A stretch of DNA of 64,000 nt, taken from positions 124,001-188,000 of the forward strand of contig JAMDHS010000001.1 in NCBI GenBank assembly GCA_029717555.1, in the 5' to 3' direction. Positions 37,006 to 49,888 of this stretch are shown here, in pieces (position 1 is the stretch's first letter; every line of letters starts with the position of its first letter). A program made the translations under genes and the position numbers. This stretch comes from Peribolospora baueri (taxonomy: Eukaryota). The notes under the pieces are model-generated. The model did no database searches and was not told the DNA's origin. It worked only from the letters and a program-made list of their open reading frames with translations.

Positions 37006-37815
37006 GGTGGGAGTCTGTCTGGCTGTACGCCTGCGCGAGCTGTGCTGGCGTCCTTGCGCCTTGCGCTCAGACAGTCACACAGAGGGTTAGGAAGGAAAGG
37101 CGATAGTCGAGCAAGGGTACGGACGGTGGTGTCGGTGTGTGTCATAACGGCATAAGGCGAGCGCCGGCTGTCCATATTCGGGCATCACCAACTGTCGGTG
37201 CCGGCTGCGGCCGACTGCGGAACGCGGACGAACGCAAGCGGCGCGACGGCGGAGTGGGAGTGGACGATGGGGAGACTTGGACGCTCTGCACGGGTGAACC
37301 ACCGTCTACGGCGCAGAGGACTTGGATGTGTGCACACAAGATGAGCGCTCGTCCTCGTCCTCGCCTTGTCTTCACCTCGCCGTTGCTCGTACTGCGACTC
37401 GGACTGCGACGTCGTCGGATACGCAGCCCCCTCGCGTCCACCGCGGCGAGGACATGTGCGGATATGCGCGGCGATCCGGCGAGCAAGGCCGACGGGAGGG
37501 TTCTATTTGTTTGTGTAGTCTAAAATGGTCACGTGCGCCGGATGCTGAGTGGGAGCAGGTCGCCTCGCCTTTCTCCTCTCCTCTCATCTCTGCCTCTCCC
37601 CGGAGTCGCGTCTCCGCGTCGCGCCGCGCCCGGCTCTGTTCCCATCGTGGCCGCAACTCGCTGCTCCTCTTCTCTCTTCTCCCCCACCATGCCCTTCGGC
37701 CCTCCCTTCCTTCCTTCCGCCTCCTCGCCACCGGTCCCTCCTCCATCTCGTGCCCGCCCGTGCCAGGAGACGCAGCCTAAGTCGACACTTTCTATGCACT
37801 CACGTGAGAAGCGCC

Positions 37816-39807
37816 ATGGTGACCACTAGGTGCGTCCGTGCGCTCCCCACGACGCCGCCTAGATAACGTGCGTTCGTTCTCACCCCCATCGCGCCATGTT
37901 CACCCCCCCTCCCAGATCCAAGAACCGTGCGTCGCCCTCGCCGGCGAGCGCCGCCGACACCCCCGCAACCACGCCCTCTCGACGTCGCTCCGCCCAAAGC
38001 AGCAGCGGCGAGGCAAGCACCGCGCTGGCCGTCAAGACACAACACTTCGAGTTCGGCGGCCCCGCCGGAGCGCTCTTCGTCACCCTCGTCGTTCCCTTCA
38101 CCACCTACGCCCTCTACTTCTCCTGCACCGAGTCCCCCAAAGGCGGGCCCGACGGAGGAAGCTGTCCGCCCACCCCTCCGTGGGCTTTCCTCGCCCACAT
38201 GCCCCAAGGCGTCCTCGCCAGCTTTCTCGATTCCAACGCCTTCCTCGCCTACTTCGGTTGGTACGCTTTTACCGTCGCCGCTTGGTGGGCGTTGCCGGGC
38301 AGGTGGGAGGAAGGATCCGAGCTCAGAACGGGCGGCAGGAAGCGGTACAAGATCAACGGTGCGTGGCGACCGTTCCACATAGACCGCCCCCCTTCTTGCT
38401 TCTTCCCTCCTCTTTCCAACCTCCACCCTCACATGCGACAACGTCTCGTGCCACGACAGGCTTCGCAACTCTTCTCCTCTCCGTTGGCCTCGCCTTGCTC
38501 CAAATCTTCGTCAACGGCCCGGAAAACTTTACGTTCATATACGACCACTGGCTCGGTCTCGTCACCGCCTCGATCATCATGTCCCTCCTCCAGGCCATTT
38601 ACGTGTACGTCGCGAGTTTCCAGGAGGGAAAACTGCTCGCTTTGGGCGGCAATTCGGGAAATGTCCTCTACGACGTGCGTGCATGCTGGCCTTGCCTTTG
38701 AAATGGCATGCCGTGCCCGATCGCTGACGACCTCGCACCTGACCGTCCCTTCTCTTTTTTCTGAAGTGGTTCATCGGCCGAGAACTGAACCCGTCTATCG
38801 GCAGCTTCGACATCAAGACGTTCAACGAGCTCCGACCAGGCCTCATCCTCTGGGTCCTCATCGACCTCGCCATGGCCTGCAAGCAGTGGGTCTACTTGAA
38901 TGGACGGCTCACCGATTCTATGGTCCTCGTCTGCCTTTTTCACTCGTGGTATGTTTTCGATGCGCTGTTTAATGAGGTGAGCCTTTCCTTTCGCCCTGTC
39001 CTCTCCCGCCGATTCCTCCATCTCATACTGTCCCGTCCTCTCCCGCCGGTTCCTCCATCTCATACCGTCCCGTCCCGGCGCACCGCCCCAGTCCGCCATT
39101 TTCACCCAGATGGACATCACCACCGATGGCTTCGGCTTCATGCTCGCCGTAGGCGACCTTGCCTGGGTGCCCTTCACCTACAGCCTCCAAGCGCGCTTTC
39201 TCGTCTTCCACCCCGTCGACAACGGCCTCCTCGGCGTTGGAGCCATCCTCGTCGTCCAGGCGATCGGCTTCTATATCTTTAGGACGAGTAATGCGGAGAA
39301 GAACGAGTTCCGGAAGGGAAAGAATCCGAAGAGTGAGTCCACCGCACCGACGCCGGTCGTCTCCTCTGCTCCTCACGGCTACTAACCCCATCTGGCTCGC
39401 TCGTCAGACCTCTCCTACATGACCACCTCCACGGGACGCAAGCTACTGACCTCGGGATGGTGGGGCCGCTCTCGCCACCCCAACTACCTCGGCGACTGGA
39501 TCATGTCCTGGGCATGGTCCCTCCCCACCGGCTTCCACACGCCCATCACCTATTTTTACTCCCTCTACTTTGCTGTCCTCCTCGTGCACCGGCAATTGAG
39601 AGACGACGAGGCGTGCCGAAAGAAGTGCGTGGGCGTGCTCTTTTTTTTTTGTGTGTTTGGAGCATCGTCGGCCTTGAGACTGCGTCGGCTCACCTCACTC
39701 TTTCTCTTTCGCTTTTTCTTTCCGTACTCGTCTGGCGCAGGTACGGAAAGGACTGGGATCGGTACTGCGAGATCGTAAAGTACCGCATCGTCCCCGGCGT
39801 TTACTGA
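37816..39807 (+). CDS. ERG24: C-14 sterol reductase (ERG4/ERG24 family)
   Basis: Exon 1 MVTTR (intron 37830-37915). [98 protein letters not shown]...IVPGVY*. Confidence 0.93.
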
Positions 39808-40245
39808 AGCCCTCTCGCGAGTCATTTGCCCAGGGACGGAAACGCAGCGCTCGCCGTATAGGATGGGGGGGTCTGATTCGCGCTTCGTCATTCGTATACC
39901 TTCCTCGCCCCGGTGCGCTCGAGCCGACGGACGCGTGTGTATGTATGTCTCTATTGACTTGCCGATAACTCAAGGACTTGTACGTCGTACGTGTCTGTGG
40001 CGCTTGGCCGGACTGGCAGTGCTTGTCGAATGGACAAAAAGCCCGCCTGAGATTTGTTTGAAAGGGACGGCACGGGATTCGACGTCAGCGAGAAAGAAGA
40101 ACCTCTCCGATCATTTCCGAGCTTCCGTGTTCGCGCGGAAAAAAACGCGACAAGAGACGATCTTCCATTCATCCGCTTCGCTCCGCCCACGTCGACCACC
40201 CACCACCTCTTCTCTCGCTTGCCCTTTTCCAAAGTTCATACACGA

Positions 40246-41580
40246 ATGGGCAACGCACCCTCCACCACGTCCGCCTCGCCAGGGTCGCCAGGCGACGACG
40301 GCCCTCGCCCGCGCTACGACAACAACTACGAGGCCGTTCGAGCGCTCCTTCTCTCCCGCGCTCCACCGGACCATCCCTTCCTCCCGTCCTCCTCGTCGTA
40401 CCCCTCTCCTTTTGCTTCTTCCGTCGCCGCGGTCAGCGCGCCTGCGAAGCCACCGCCACAATGCCCGATGCACAACTCGCCCTCTTTCGCTGCTCCACCA
40501 ACGCCAACGCCGCCGAAGAGAATGGAGGGGGCGCCGGCCAAGTGTCCGATCGCCCATGACGCACCGCCGCCGCACCGGTCTTCGGATGCCGAGCTGAATC
40601 CGCTGAACCAGATGCCCATGTTGTCCCAAGCTCCCTCAGCCTCGCAAACGATAGCCCTTCCCACCGAACGAACCACGTCTTCCATCCCGCGCTCCAAGTC
40701 TCCTTCTTCTGCCACCAGCGCCGGTGCCGATGCGGGTGCAGAGGCCGGTGCGGATGAAGAGGGCGACAAGTGGGAGTACCCTTCGCCTCAGCAGTTTTAC
40801 AACGCACTCGTAAGGAAGGGATGGGAGACGCCGGAGGAGCACGTGGAAATGATGGTCCACATTCACAACTTTCTTAACGAGGAGGCCTGGCAGGAGGTGC
40901 TCAAGTGGGAGAAGCGCCATCCTGGGTGAGCGTGCCGATGTGACGTTTTTACTTTATTTTTTTTTTTTGGCCTTGGATATGCCCTTTTTTGGACGACCAC
41001 TCACCCATCCTCGTTTGCCGCCCTTGGATTTGCCTCATCTTTCATTTGCAGAGGCGAAAAGGCCGAACTCTCTCGCTTCCAGGGTAAGCCGGGCACGATG
41101 TCGCCCAAGGCTCGCTTTTTCCAGCTCGCCGGTATGGTCTTTCCGAGCAAGTTCAGGTGAGCGCAACGTCGGTTGAAACAAAGGAAAAAAAAAAAGCTGC
41201 GCGCGGCGGAGGAAATTCGTACTCATCGCCGTCCCTCAACCTCTGCTAGCTCGGAGCCACCCTTCGACCGACACGACTGGATCATTCGACGACCGCTAGC
41301 CGACGACGAGGCTCCCACGTCTTCCCCCTCGACGGCCTCCCCACCTCCCTTCTCGCAGCCCACTTCGCCTTCGCAAAACACCAACAAGGGCGCCGAGGTG
41401 CGCTACGTGATCGATTACTACTCTGCCCCGGACGACGAGAACGGCAATCCTGTCTTCCATCTCGACGTCAGGCCCGCTTTGGACAGCTTTGGTGCGCTGA
41501 GGGATCGAGTGGAGGTGGCGTTGGAGGAGTGGAAGCAAAGCAGGGACGAGGCGAGACGGGCGACGGCGGGATCAAGCTGA
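40246..41580 (+). CDS. CYC3: Holocytochrome c synthase (cytochrome c heme lyase)
   Basis: Two CP heme-regulatory motifs (CPMH, CPIAH), LNPLNQMP, ERTTSSIP, WEYPSPQQFYNALVRKGW, MVHIHNFLNEEAWQEV, PFDRHDW, EVRYVIDYY, FHLDVRPALDS. Confidence 0.92.
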
Positions 41581-42722
41581 TGATTTCCCACCGCAGCCGT
41601 TCCTGTATCTCCCTTATGCATGCCCAGGCAGGCGTGTCAGCCTCGCCGTCTCCTGGAAATGCCCGCTCACAGGCAGGCGGCCTTCTGCTGCCCGGATTCA
41701 CCACGCAATACAGCGAGCGCAACGACCCGATGTGTCTGTCGTCTGCGTCTTCCGACGGACGCCGGGCCAGGAAGTCTACCTGCCAAGTTTCATCTTTAAA
41801 CCGACCATCGTCCCCTTCACTCCCTCGTCACTGTGCCTGCCCGAGGGCAAAGTCCCCCGGCCGGGCCGGGCACACGACTATCGCGACGTTCGTCCTGTCC
41901 TCCCGCACACAGCTGCTTGAGAACATCGATGAACTGTTACGTTTCGTTTCGCCCCGGTGGGCCCGCGTCGTGGCCATATCGAGATTATTGACGTCTTAGA
42001 GAATATGCAAGCTAGATCAGACTGGGGGATAGGGGCCCGAACTCGAATGATGGCTCTCTAAGAGAAAGGGGGAGGGGGAGGGCTAGCCAGGCCGCCCAGG
42101 CAAGAAGCGTCACGTTTCACCTGGGTGAGGAGGGCCATCAGGCGCCCGTACGGAAGCTGACGGTTTGACTTTTTTTCCAACACATACCGCCCACTGAGGG
42201 CCGACCTTTTCCGAAAAAAAAAGAAAAAAAATGCCCAGGCATTACTGATTTTCAATATTATTTCGTCTGCCCGGTCAAGCGAGCGTCCCCGCTACGCTCC
42301 CTTGTCTCCCCCGAGAAAGAGAGCTTGGTGAGGGTGAGTCGGCTTGGCCAACTCGAGCTTGGGCGCCCGTGCTAGGAGCTGCCGCTTGCCCAAAAACATC
42401 GCTCGGTGCGCAACTCGTAGGTAGAGCAGCGTCGCCGGAAAATAAGACTTCTTTGCGACCCCTCTCGTTGAATTCATCCAGATGTTTGGGTTAAACGCAA
42501 AGAGGAATAATACTAATGTATTACATGAAAGATATAGCCCTTGTCATTCTTTGTACACGCAGTGCGTAAATATGAATGATTAAAGCGACTTACGTCATTT
42601 ACCTTGACCCGTAATAGTACCCTTAAATTCATGAAGATAGTGGAGCTCATATCTACGCTTATATAGATTCGTTGGATTCATATATCTTTTTTTATAAAGT
42701 TAGTTGATGCAGTTGAACGAAG

Positions 42723-42795
42723 TCCAACCGGCACCACAACCCAGTTATCAATGTCTAATAATCGCAATTGTCCATCTTCTAAATCAGAATCTGGA
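42723..42795 (-). pseudogene. cox2: cox2 fragment
   Basis: PDSDLEDGQLRLLDIDNWVVVPVG matches the conserved Cox2 segment of the form DLEDGQLRLLxVDNRVVVP. Confidence 0.85.
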
Positions 42796-42874
42796 GTTTA
42801 TTAATAAATTAGTAATGCAGACTAAATGCATCACTACATTGAATGCAGACAATAATTTTTCAAAACTTGTTAAT

Positions 42875-43088
42875 TTTTGTAACTTGAATCACATATCTTT
42901 ATGTAGATTGACTTTGTTTAATAACCTTACCGAATCCTAAAGCATCTTGAACCATATTAAGAACTCGAATACCTCTTGGATCTTGTGTAATAACAAAAGT
43001 GCATATTGCCTCGTTTTGCTGCAATGAACGACCCATCTCCTTCAACAAATCCAATAAACCAAGTTAGAAATTCAAAAGATGGGATTGG
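42875..43088 (-). pseudogene. Decayed LAGLIDADG homing endonuclease fragment
   Basis: PIPSFEFLTWFIGFVEGDGSFIAAKRGNMHF, then a 1-nt frameshift near 42995, then VITQDPRGIRVLNMVQDALGFGKVIKQSQST*RYVIQ. Confidence 0.88.
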
Positions 43089-43273
43089 CCGTCAGAGCAA
43101 AGCAGCCAAAGGCAAACTTGAGTTATCGATTCGGCCGAAAAGTCGTTTATACAGTCGCCTTTCAGGTGACGTGGACGCCGGACGGCCGTCAACCGCATGG
43201 GCACCACTATCAATTGCACAAAGACCGTAAGCTCCCTCTCATCCTCAGCTCATGCCTGGGAGCCTGCCACGCC

Positions 43274-44888
43274 TCATTGCCCACCCCCTCTCGGTCCCAA
43301 CGGAGCCGTGTTCGTGCCTGTCATGAACGGCGGCTGTTGTCCAGGACCACTGGGACCACCAGGCGGCGGGGGAGGCGGGATGGCGCCGAGTTGTTGCGGT
43401 GCACTGGTGGGTAAACCGGCAGGTGGCGGCGGAGGCGCGGGCGCGCCGTCTGGAGCGCCCATCGGCATTTGTCCCGGGCCCGGCGGGGCCGAGTAGACGG
43501 GCATGCCTGCTGGCGGCGGAGGGGGAGCCGCGCTGGCTAGCGCTCCAGCGAAGGCTCCTTGGTAGCCTGGGTAGCCCATCATGCCCTGAGCCATACCGCC
43601 GTACGGTGGAAAGCCGCCCACGCCCGGCGGCCCGCCCATCGGTGCGCGTACTGGCAGCGGCGGACGAGTGGGCAGAGCGTTGTTCTTCCTTGCTTGGGCT
43701 GCCAGGAGACGCTCCGCCGGCGTGCCGTGCCGCTCTCCCTTTCCGTCCTTCTTGAGCGCGTAGGAGACGTTGAGCGGCCGGTTCATGAGGAACTGGCCGT
43801 TCATCGATTCGATCGCCATGTCTGACGTCTCGAAGTTGTCGTACGAGACGAAACCGTACCCCTTCGATTCGCCCGTGTTTGGATCTCGCGCAATCTGTAG
43901 GGCGTGCAGGACAGAACGTGCCGGGGCTGAACGGTCAGTCTTTAACCGTAAGGCAGTCATCCACGCTTGGGCTCACTTTGGCAGTAAGCACTGGCGACCC
44001 GAATGCACAGAACGTCTCGTACAGCATTCGCTCATCCACGTTCGAATCGAGATTACCAACGAAGAGATTCGCCCCAATATCCATCTGTTTCTTGTCAGAT
44101 GAGGCCTACGAACGAGAAAGCAAATCGAAAAAAATAATTGGGTATCATGAGCGATTTGTCTGAACCAACCGCTCGTGAGCGAGCAAGATTTGTTGAGGTC
44201 GCCGGGCTCACCTTGTTCACCCGAATCGGCTTGCCGAAGAGTTTGATCTGATTCATAATTTTGCAGGCATAGTCTGCATCCTCCTCAGTCAGGAACTCGC
44301 AGAACCCGTAGCCCTGGTGCTGCATCGAGATTCGATCCTTCGGCAGGTGGACGTTGACTGTTAGAGCGAGCAACCATCCCGGGACGAGAATCGAGAAAGA
44401 AAGGAGCGATCGTCAGCCTTGGAGGATATTCGCAGACGTCCAAAGAGGACGGACGACAAAGACAGAACACTGACCAACTGGACCAGCCTGCAGCATGAGC
44501 TCCCACATCAGCTCGTCCGTACATCGCTCGTCCAAGTTCCCCTGGGCGTCCAAGCCCGAGTCAAGAAGAGAATCCGGATGCGCACAAGTCGCCATCCATC
44601 CACAAATTCAGCATTCAGCCGAAAGAATGACGACGCGTACAGTCGGTCGGTCGGTCGGTCGGTGATGTGTGCAGGACGGTATTGAGAAGACAAAAGAACA
44701 CGAGCAAAATCGATCCTCGTCAGCGCTGAACGCTTCGCCACGAACTGCTCGCGGACCGAATGCAAAACGACAACCGCGCTACCCTTCATCCATCCCTGCC
44801 TATGCGGGAAGCAGACCAAAGCTGAGAGAGGGCTCACCATATACACCGTCGCCTCCTGATTCCTGTCCGCATCCTGTGGCCTCGACAT
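43274..44888 (-). CDS. SF3B4: Splicing factor 3b subunit 4 (SAP49/Hsh49), two RRMs plus Pro-rich tail
   Basis: [92 protein letters not shown]. Confidence 0.96.
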
Positions 44889-45240
44889 GTTTTTGGTTGG
44901 TGGGCAGGTCGAAAGACGACGGACGGGTAGGAAGGTCGATCGATCGCTTCCTGCTGCGGCGCACCACTTGACGGTGTTCTCTGCACCCGACCGCGAATGT
45001 CTTCGCTCGCCCATCGAACGGTAGAACGTCCCACGCACTCAAGCACTAACAGTATCTGCAATAGCATGCTCCCACAGGAAAGGGTGTAGTGAACTAGAAT
45101 ACAAAATGCGCAAGTGCGCGCGCGGAGATGTGTGTGGGTGGGTGGGTGTGTGTGACTGGCAGGCGACCGGGGAACACGCAGGCAGCGTTGTATGCAAGTA
45201 GCCCCGGTCTGGTTGTTTTTAGGACGCAACCGCTTTTAGG

Positions 45241-48200
45241 TTAGTAGAGTCGAGCAGTGATGTTCATCGCCTGCATCTCCTGGAAAAGGAGCTTGGCGGC
45301 GTAGGGAATGTAGACCTGCAAGTCGTACCATAAAGCAAGGGAAACAGCGTGAGCACTGGCGACAGGGCGAGGATGGACCGGGGGAGGAACTAACCTGAGA
45401 AATGTCCGTTCGGTTCTTGCACGAACGGCACTCGTACCTCTGCTTCTTGAGGTTGGCAATAGCCGTGAGGCCACACCTAAAGATAGAGAGCGCGAAGAAA
45501 AGAGGTATACAGATGAGCGCACGTGCACAATTACAGGAAGGAAGGCGAGACACACGCACCAATCGCAGACGTGAAGCCGGTACGCATCCGAAGCATCGAA
45601 AAGACGCTCCTTCAGGAAGGCTGCCACACCGTGCTGAGAACATGCAAGGGAAGTAGAGACGAATTCCCGGTCAGCGCTCTTGCTCTTTATCCGTGCAGTA
45701 TAAAGGGACAGCAACACTAGCAACACTCTTGACCAACTCACTGAAATCATGCAGTCACGCTGGCAGAGGACAGGCGCAAGCAAACAGCACGAGCAAATCA
45801 ATTGTGAGCGTCCAAACGCGAACAGTCACTTCTCCACAAAAAACATCGCCGCCGCTTACCTCCATTTCACCAAACCTCAAACCTCCGTCCCTACTCCTAC
45901 CCTCCACAGGTTGCCTCGTCAAGATCTGCACGGGCCCACGAGCCCTCGAGTGGATCTTGTCGTCAACCATGTGTTTGAGTCGCTGATAGTAAGTAGGGCC
46001 GAGGTACACCTGTGCCTGCAGCTTCCTTCCGGTGTGACCGTTATACATGACTTCGAGGCCACGGGACTGATATCCCTGCTGACGCAACAGGGACGAGACA
46101 GCCTCGACGGTGAGGTCGGTGAAAGGCGTCGCGTCGCCCTCGTTGCCGGTCAGCGCGGACACCTTGCTGAGGAGACACTCGACCAAGTGTCCGATCGTCA
46201 TGCGCGAAGGGATGGCATGAGGGTTGATGATCAGGTCTGGCGTGATGCCCTCGCTCGTAAACGGCATATCCTCCTGCCGGTACGTGATGCCGATTGTGCC
46301 CTTTTGTCCGTGACGCGAGGCGAACTTGTCGCCCGTTTGAGGCACACGAGTGGACCGGATGCGAACCTTGATAAACTTCATCCCTTCTCCATTTGTCGAC
46401 ACCAGCACCTGGTCCACAATTCCGCTCTCGGTCGACTTGAGCATTGTCGACGTGTCTTTGCGTGTGTGGTGTTTGCTGCGCTGACCCAGCTCGTCGCTGG
46501 TCTCGGGGATCGGCGCAGTCTTACCGATGATGATGTCTCCACCGGACACGCGCCAGCCGGGAGCGATCATACCATCGTCGTCGATCTTGTCGTATGTGCC
46601 AATCTTCGTCCCGAGTGTGATGGACGGATTCGGCTTCTCGAAGTCCTCCGTCTGCACCATACCAATCTTCTTTTCCTGGTCCATGTACGTTCGATAATAG
46701 AACGATCGGAATAAACCGCGGTCGATGGCGCTCTGGTTCATGATGACCGAGTCTTCCTGGTTGTAACCGCTGTAGCACAGGATAGCAACGATGGCGTTCT
46801 GCCCGGCCGGCAACTCGCGGAAGCGGAGATACTCCATCGAGCGGGTCGTCGCGAGCGGCTTCTGCGGGTAGTAGAGAATGTTTGCCATTGTGTCCATGCG
46901 GAGCTGGTAATTGGTGAGGTGGACGCCCATGGCCTGCTTGCCCATTGCAGACTGGTACGTGTTACGAGGGGACTGTAGACGGAACAGAGTGCGTCAGTCG
47001 CGTGCACAATCTACAATCGGCAACAATCGGTGGCAAGTCTCACCTGATTGTGATCGGGGAATGGGATGATGCTCGCGCAGATGCCGAGAATCATGGCGGG
47101 GTGAATCTCGCAGTGCGTCCACGTGTGAGAAGCCAACGTGACCTTGCTCTTCAAGCGTCCCGACGGGTCTCCCTCGGAGGTGTCCATGTAATCCGTCGTG
47201 CCAGTGGCAACTGTGCGGCTCATCTCCAGGTCCTCTGGACTCATGCAAATCATCACCGTCTCCTCCTCTTCCGCGTCGAGATAATCGACGACGCCCGTAT
47301 TCACTAGTTCCGAAAAGTTGAACTCGTCGTCTGGATCCTGGAGACGAGCAATGTGCCACTTCTGGAGGTTGAGTGTTTGCGTAGCCTCGTCGATGACGAA
47401 CAGCGGTCGAAGAACGCGACCGGCATCCGTATAGATTTGAAGCTCTCTCTCGCGCACATTGCGCACGATGCTGACTTGAGCATCCACTCCTTTCGTTCGC
47501 CGAAGATTTCGGAGCGTCTCGACGAGACCGTTTGCGTCCGGATGCATGCCGTGCCACACACCGTTGAGGAAAATCTTGGTGCCCTCCGACACGACCGTCG
47601 AAGGGTCCTCTAGATGTTGGAGGTTGAACTCGTTCAGGAAGAGCATGATCGGCTCGCTGGGTGAGCCGACGGAGATCGTCGACATGAGCGAAAGGTTTTT
47701 GACCAGTCCACATGCCTGGCCTTCCGGTGTCTCGGCGGGACAGACCATGCCCCAATGGGTATTGTGAAGCTGACGGGGCTTGGCAATCTTGCCATCTCGT
47801 CCAATAGGGGTGTTGCACCGCCGGAGGTGAGACAGCGTCGAAGCGAACGTGTACCTGTTCAGCACCTGCGACACGCCGGCCTTAGCTTGCATGAATTTCT
47901 TCTGGTCGCCCCAGTTGCCGGTCGCGAGAGAGTACTTCAAGCCATTGGTAATGGTTCCCGACTTAATTGCCGCCTGAATGTTGAACTCCTTCTGAGTCTC
48001 AACGCACTAAGAGAGGAGAAGCGAAAGCGAGGTGAGCATTAATGTTGAAACTCGCTGAGCTCGAATGCAAATGTCAACTCACTTTCTGTAGGTGCCTGTA
48101 CACGTCACGTGTCAGTTTCCTGAAAAGCATTCTGAACAAGCCCGCAAGTAGAGGGCCAGCGAGATCGAGCCGCTTCTTGCCGAAGTGGTCTCGATCATCG

Positions 48201-49888
48201 ACCTCGCGTCGGTCCAGGGCGACGAGAAGCAAACGGTGTATCATGTACCCAACGAAATAGGCCTTCTTAGATTGGCTGCCGGCGGACATCGACACGTGGG
48301 GCAACATCTCCTTTTGTAGGATCTCTTGCGCATATCGGATACGCCTGTCCTTCGAAACGCCCATTGCCGAACCACGACGGCCGATGAAGTCGAGTGCAGC
48401 ATCTTGTTCCTGGATGACGAAACCCTCCTCGATAGAAGGTTTCAACATCTCCTTCAACGTCTCGTCGCCCATATCGTAGCAAATGTGCTCGATGATCTCG
48501 CGGTCCGTTTCGACACCGAGTGCTCGGAAAAGCACGACAATGGGGATGTCTTGCTTGATGTACGGCAAGGTGGCGCGAATTGGCCCGCTACCCTGTTGAA
48601 CGAAAACAAAGAGAGTGGCTTGTTCATAGCTTGCTTCGCTTGGACGTAAGAAACGGGAAAGATATTTGCGCTCACCCTGCCTGCCAGCTTGCCCCTGTCC
48701 CTGTTCTTCGGGTAGAGCTTGATCTGCATGGTGCTGACCGTCTTGCCGCCTTTCTCCACGGCGCTCCTAATCTCGGCTAGGAAGCTGACAGGCGAAGGCA
48801 TGGCCTTGGAGAAGACGTAGACGTGGTTCGCCGCCATTCGCTCCTGCGCTATCAAGACCTTTTCCGAGCCATTGATGATGAAATATCCACCCTGTAAAGG
48901 AGCCAAAATCAGCGAGGTTGACCATGCACAAAATTAACCGGAGCAAGTAGAACAAGTTGAAACTCACCGCATCGTAGGGGCATTCCATCATCTCATAAAC
49001 GTGCTTCTCCTCGAGATTCCGTAGCATGCAAAATACGGATCGGATCATGATAGGAACCTGATTGCAGAAACGCAAAAATGAAACAGGCGTGAGCGCGACC
49101 TCATCTTGATGGATGAATTCTTGCAAAACTTAAGAGCCGGCGCAGCACTGACCCGCCCCAGATAAGCCTTCGGATGGCTCTCAACCTCGCCCTCCTGCTC
49201 CCATATGTGCTCCTTCGTGTTTTCGTTGATTTCTCCGCTGTCGTACAAGACCTTCTTTTCGAGATCGACGTAAAGGTGAGAGGAGTAGGTGAGGTTGCGA
49301 AGTCGAGCTTCCTGCGGCCGAAGCGGCTGCGTCGAACCATCCGCTTCGGTCATCTGCGGGGGGGACAGATAAATCTGCTTGAATTCGATCTCATAGCGGC
49401 GCTGTATGGGAGAAAAACCAGAGTGAGTCCGACGCGTTCGGGAGAGCACGTGTACGAGGTGGAGCTCCACCTAACTCACGGCTCGGTCGCCTTCGTGACC
49501 AGTGTGCTGAGCTGCCTGCTCGAGCCTGAGAAACTTGTTCTCCTCCACGATCTCCTGCATCGTGTTTTCAACGAATTCGTTGAACGACGAGATCTGCTGG
49601 TCCACCAACCCCTTCTCTTCGAAGAAGGACGAGATGACGGCCCAACAATCCTCCTGCGAGATGGGCTCGGACTCGTCGTACTGCTCATCATCGATGATCT
49701 TGTCCGTATACGAAGCGTACGTGCCTTGCGAGTAACCGTAGCTGCTGTACGGATCTAGCACGCCCGCAAATGGGTTGGATTGCAAAAGAACAAAAGAAAG
49801 GAAGCGTGGTAGGCATTCCTGAACCTGACCATGCCCGGGCAAAACACCCAGCTCAAGCAAACAGACATGTACCTTGGCTGTAATCCAT
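45241..49888 (-). CDS. RPB2: DNA-directed RNA polymerase II second-largest subunit
   Basis: [105 protein letters not shown]. First exon inferred as MDYSQ (49888-49873). Confidence 0.98.

Larger units (their letters stand above)
42480..43090 (-). other. AT-rich mosaic nuclear insertion of mitochondrial DNA (NUMT)
   Basis: Abrupt AT-rich island in GC-rich DNA containing recognisable cox2 and LAGLIDADG fragments on the minus strand. Confidence 0.85.

Noticed and set aside
42545..42615. Possible mitochondrial SSU rRNA fragment (minus-strand ATGACGTAAGTC)
   Set aside because: The resemblance is too short and the flanks do not match; it cannot be supported without a search.
42704..42940. 78-aa plus-strand AT-rich ORF
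   Set aside because: It is antisense to the cox2 and LAGLIDADG fragments and is a chance ORF.
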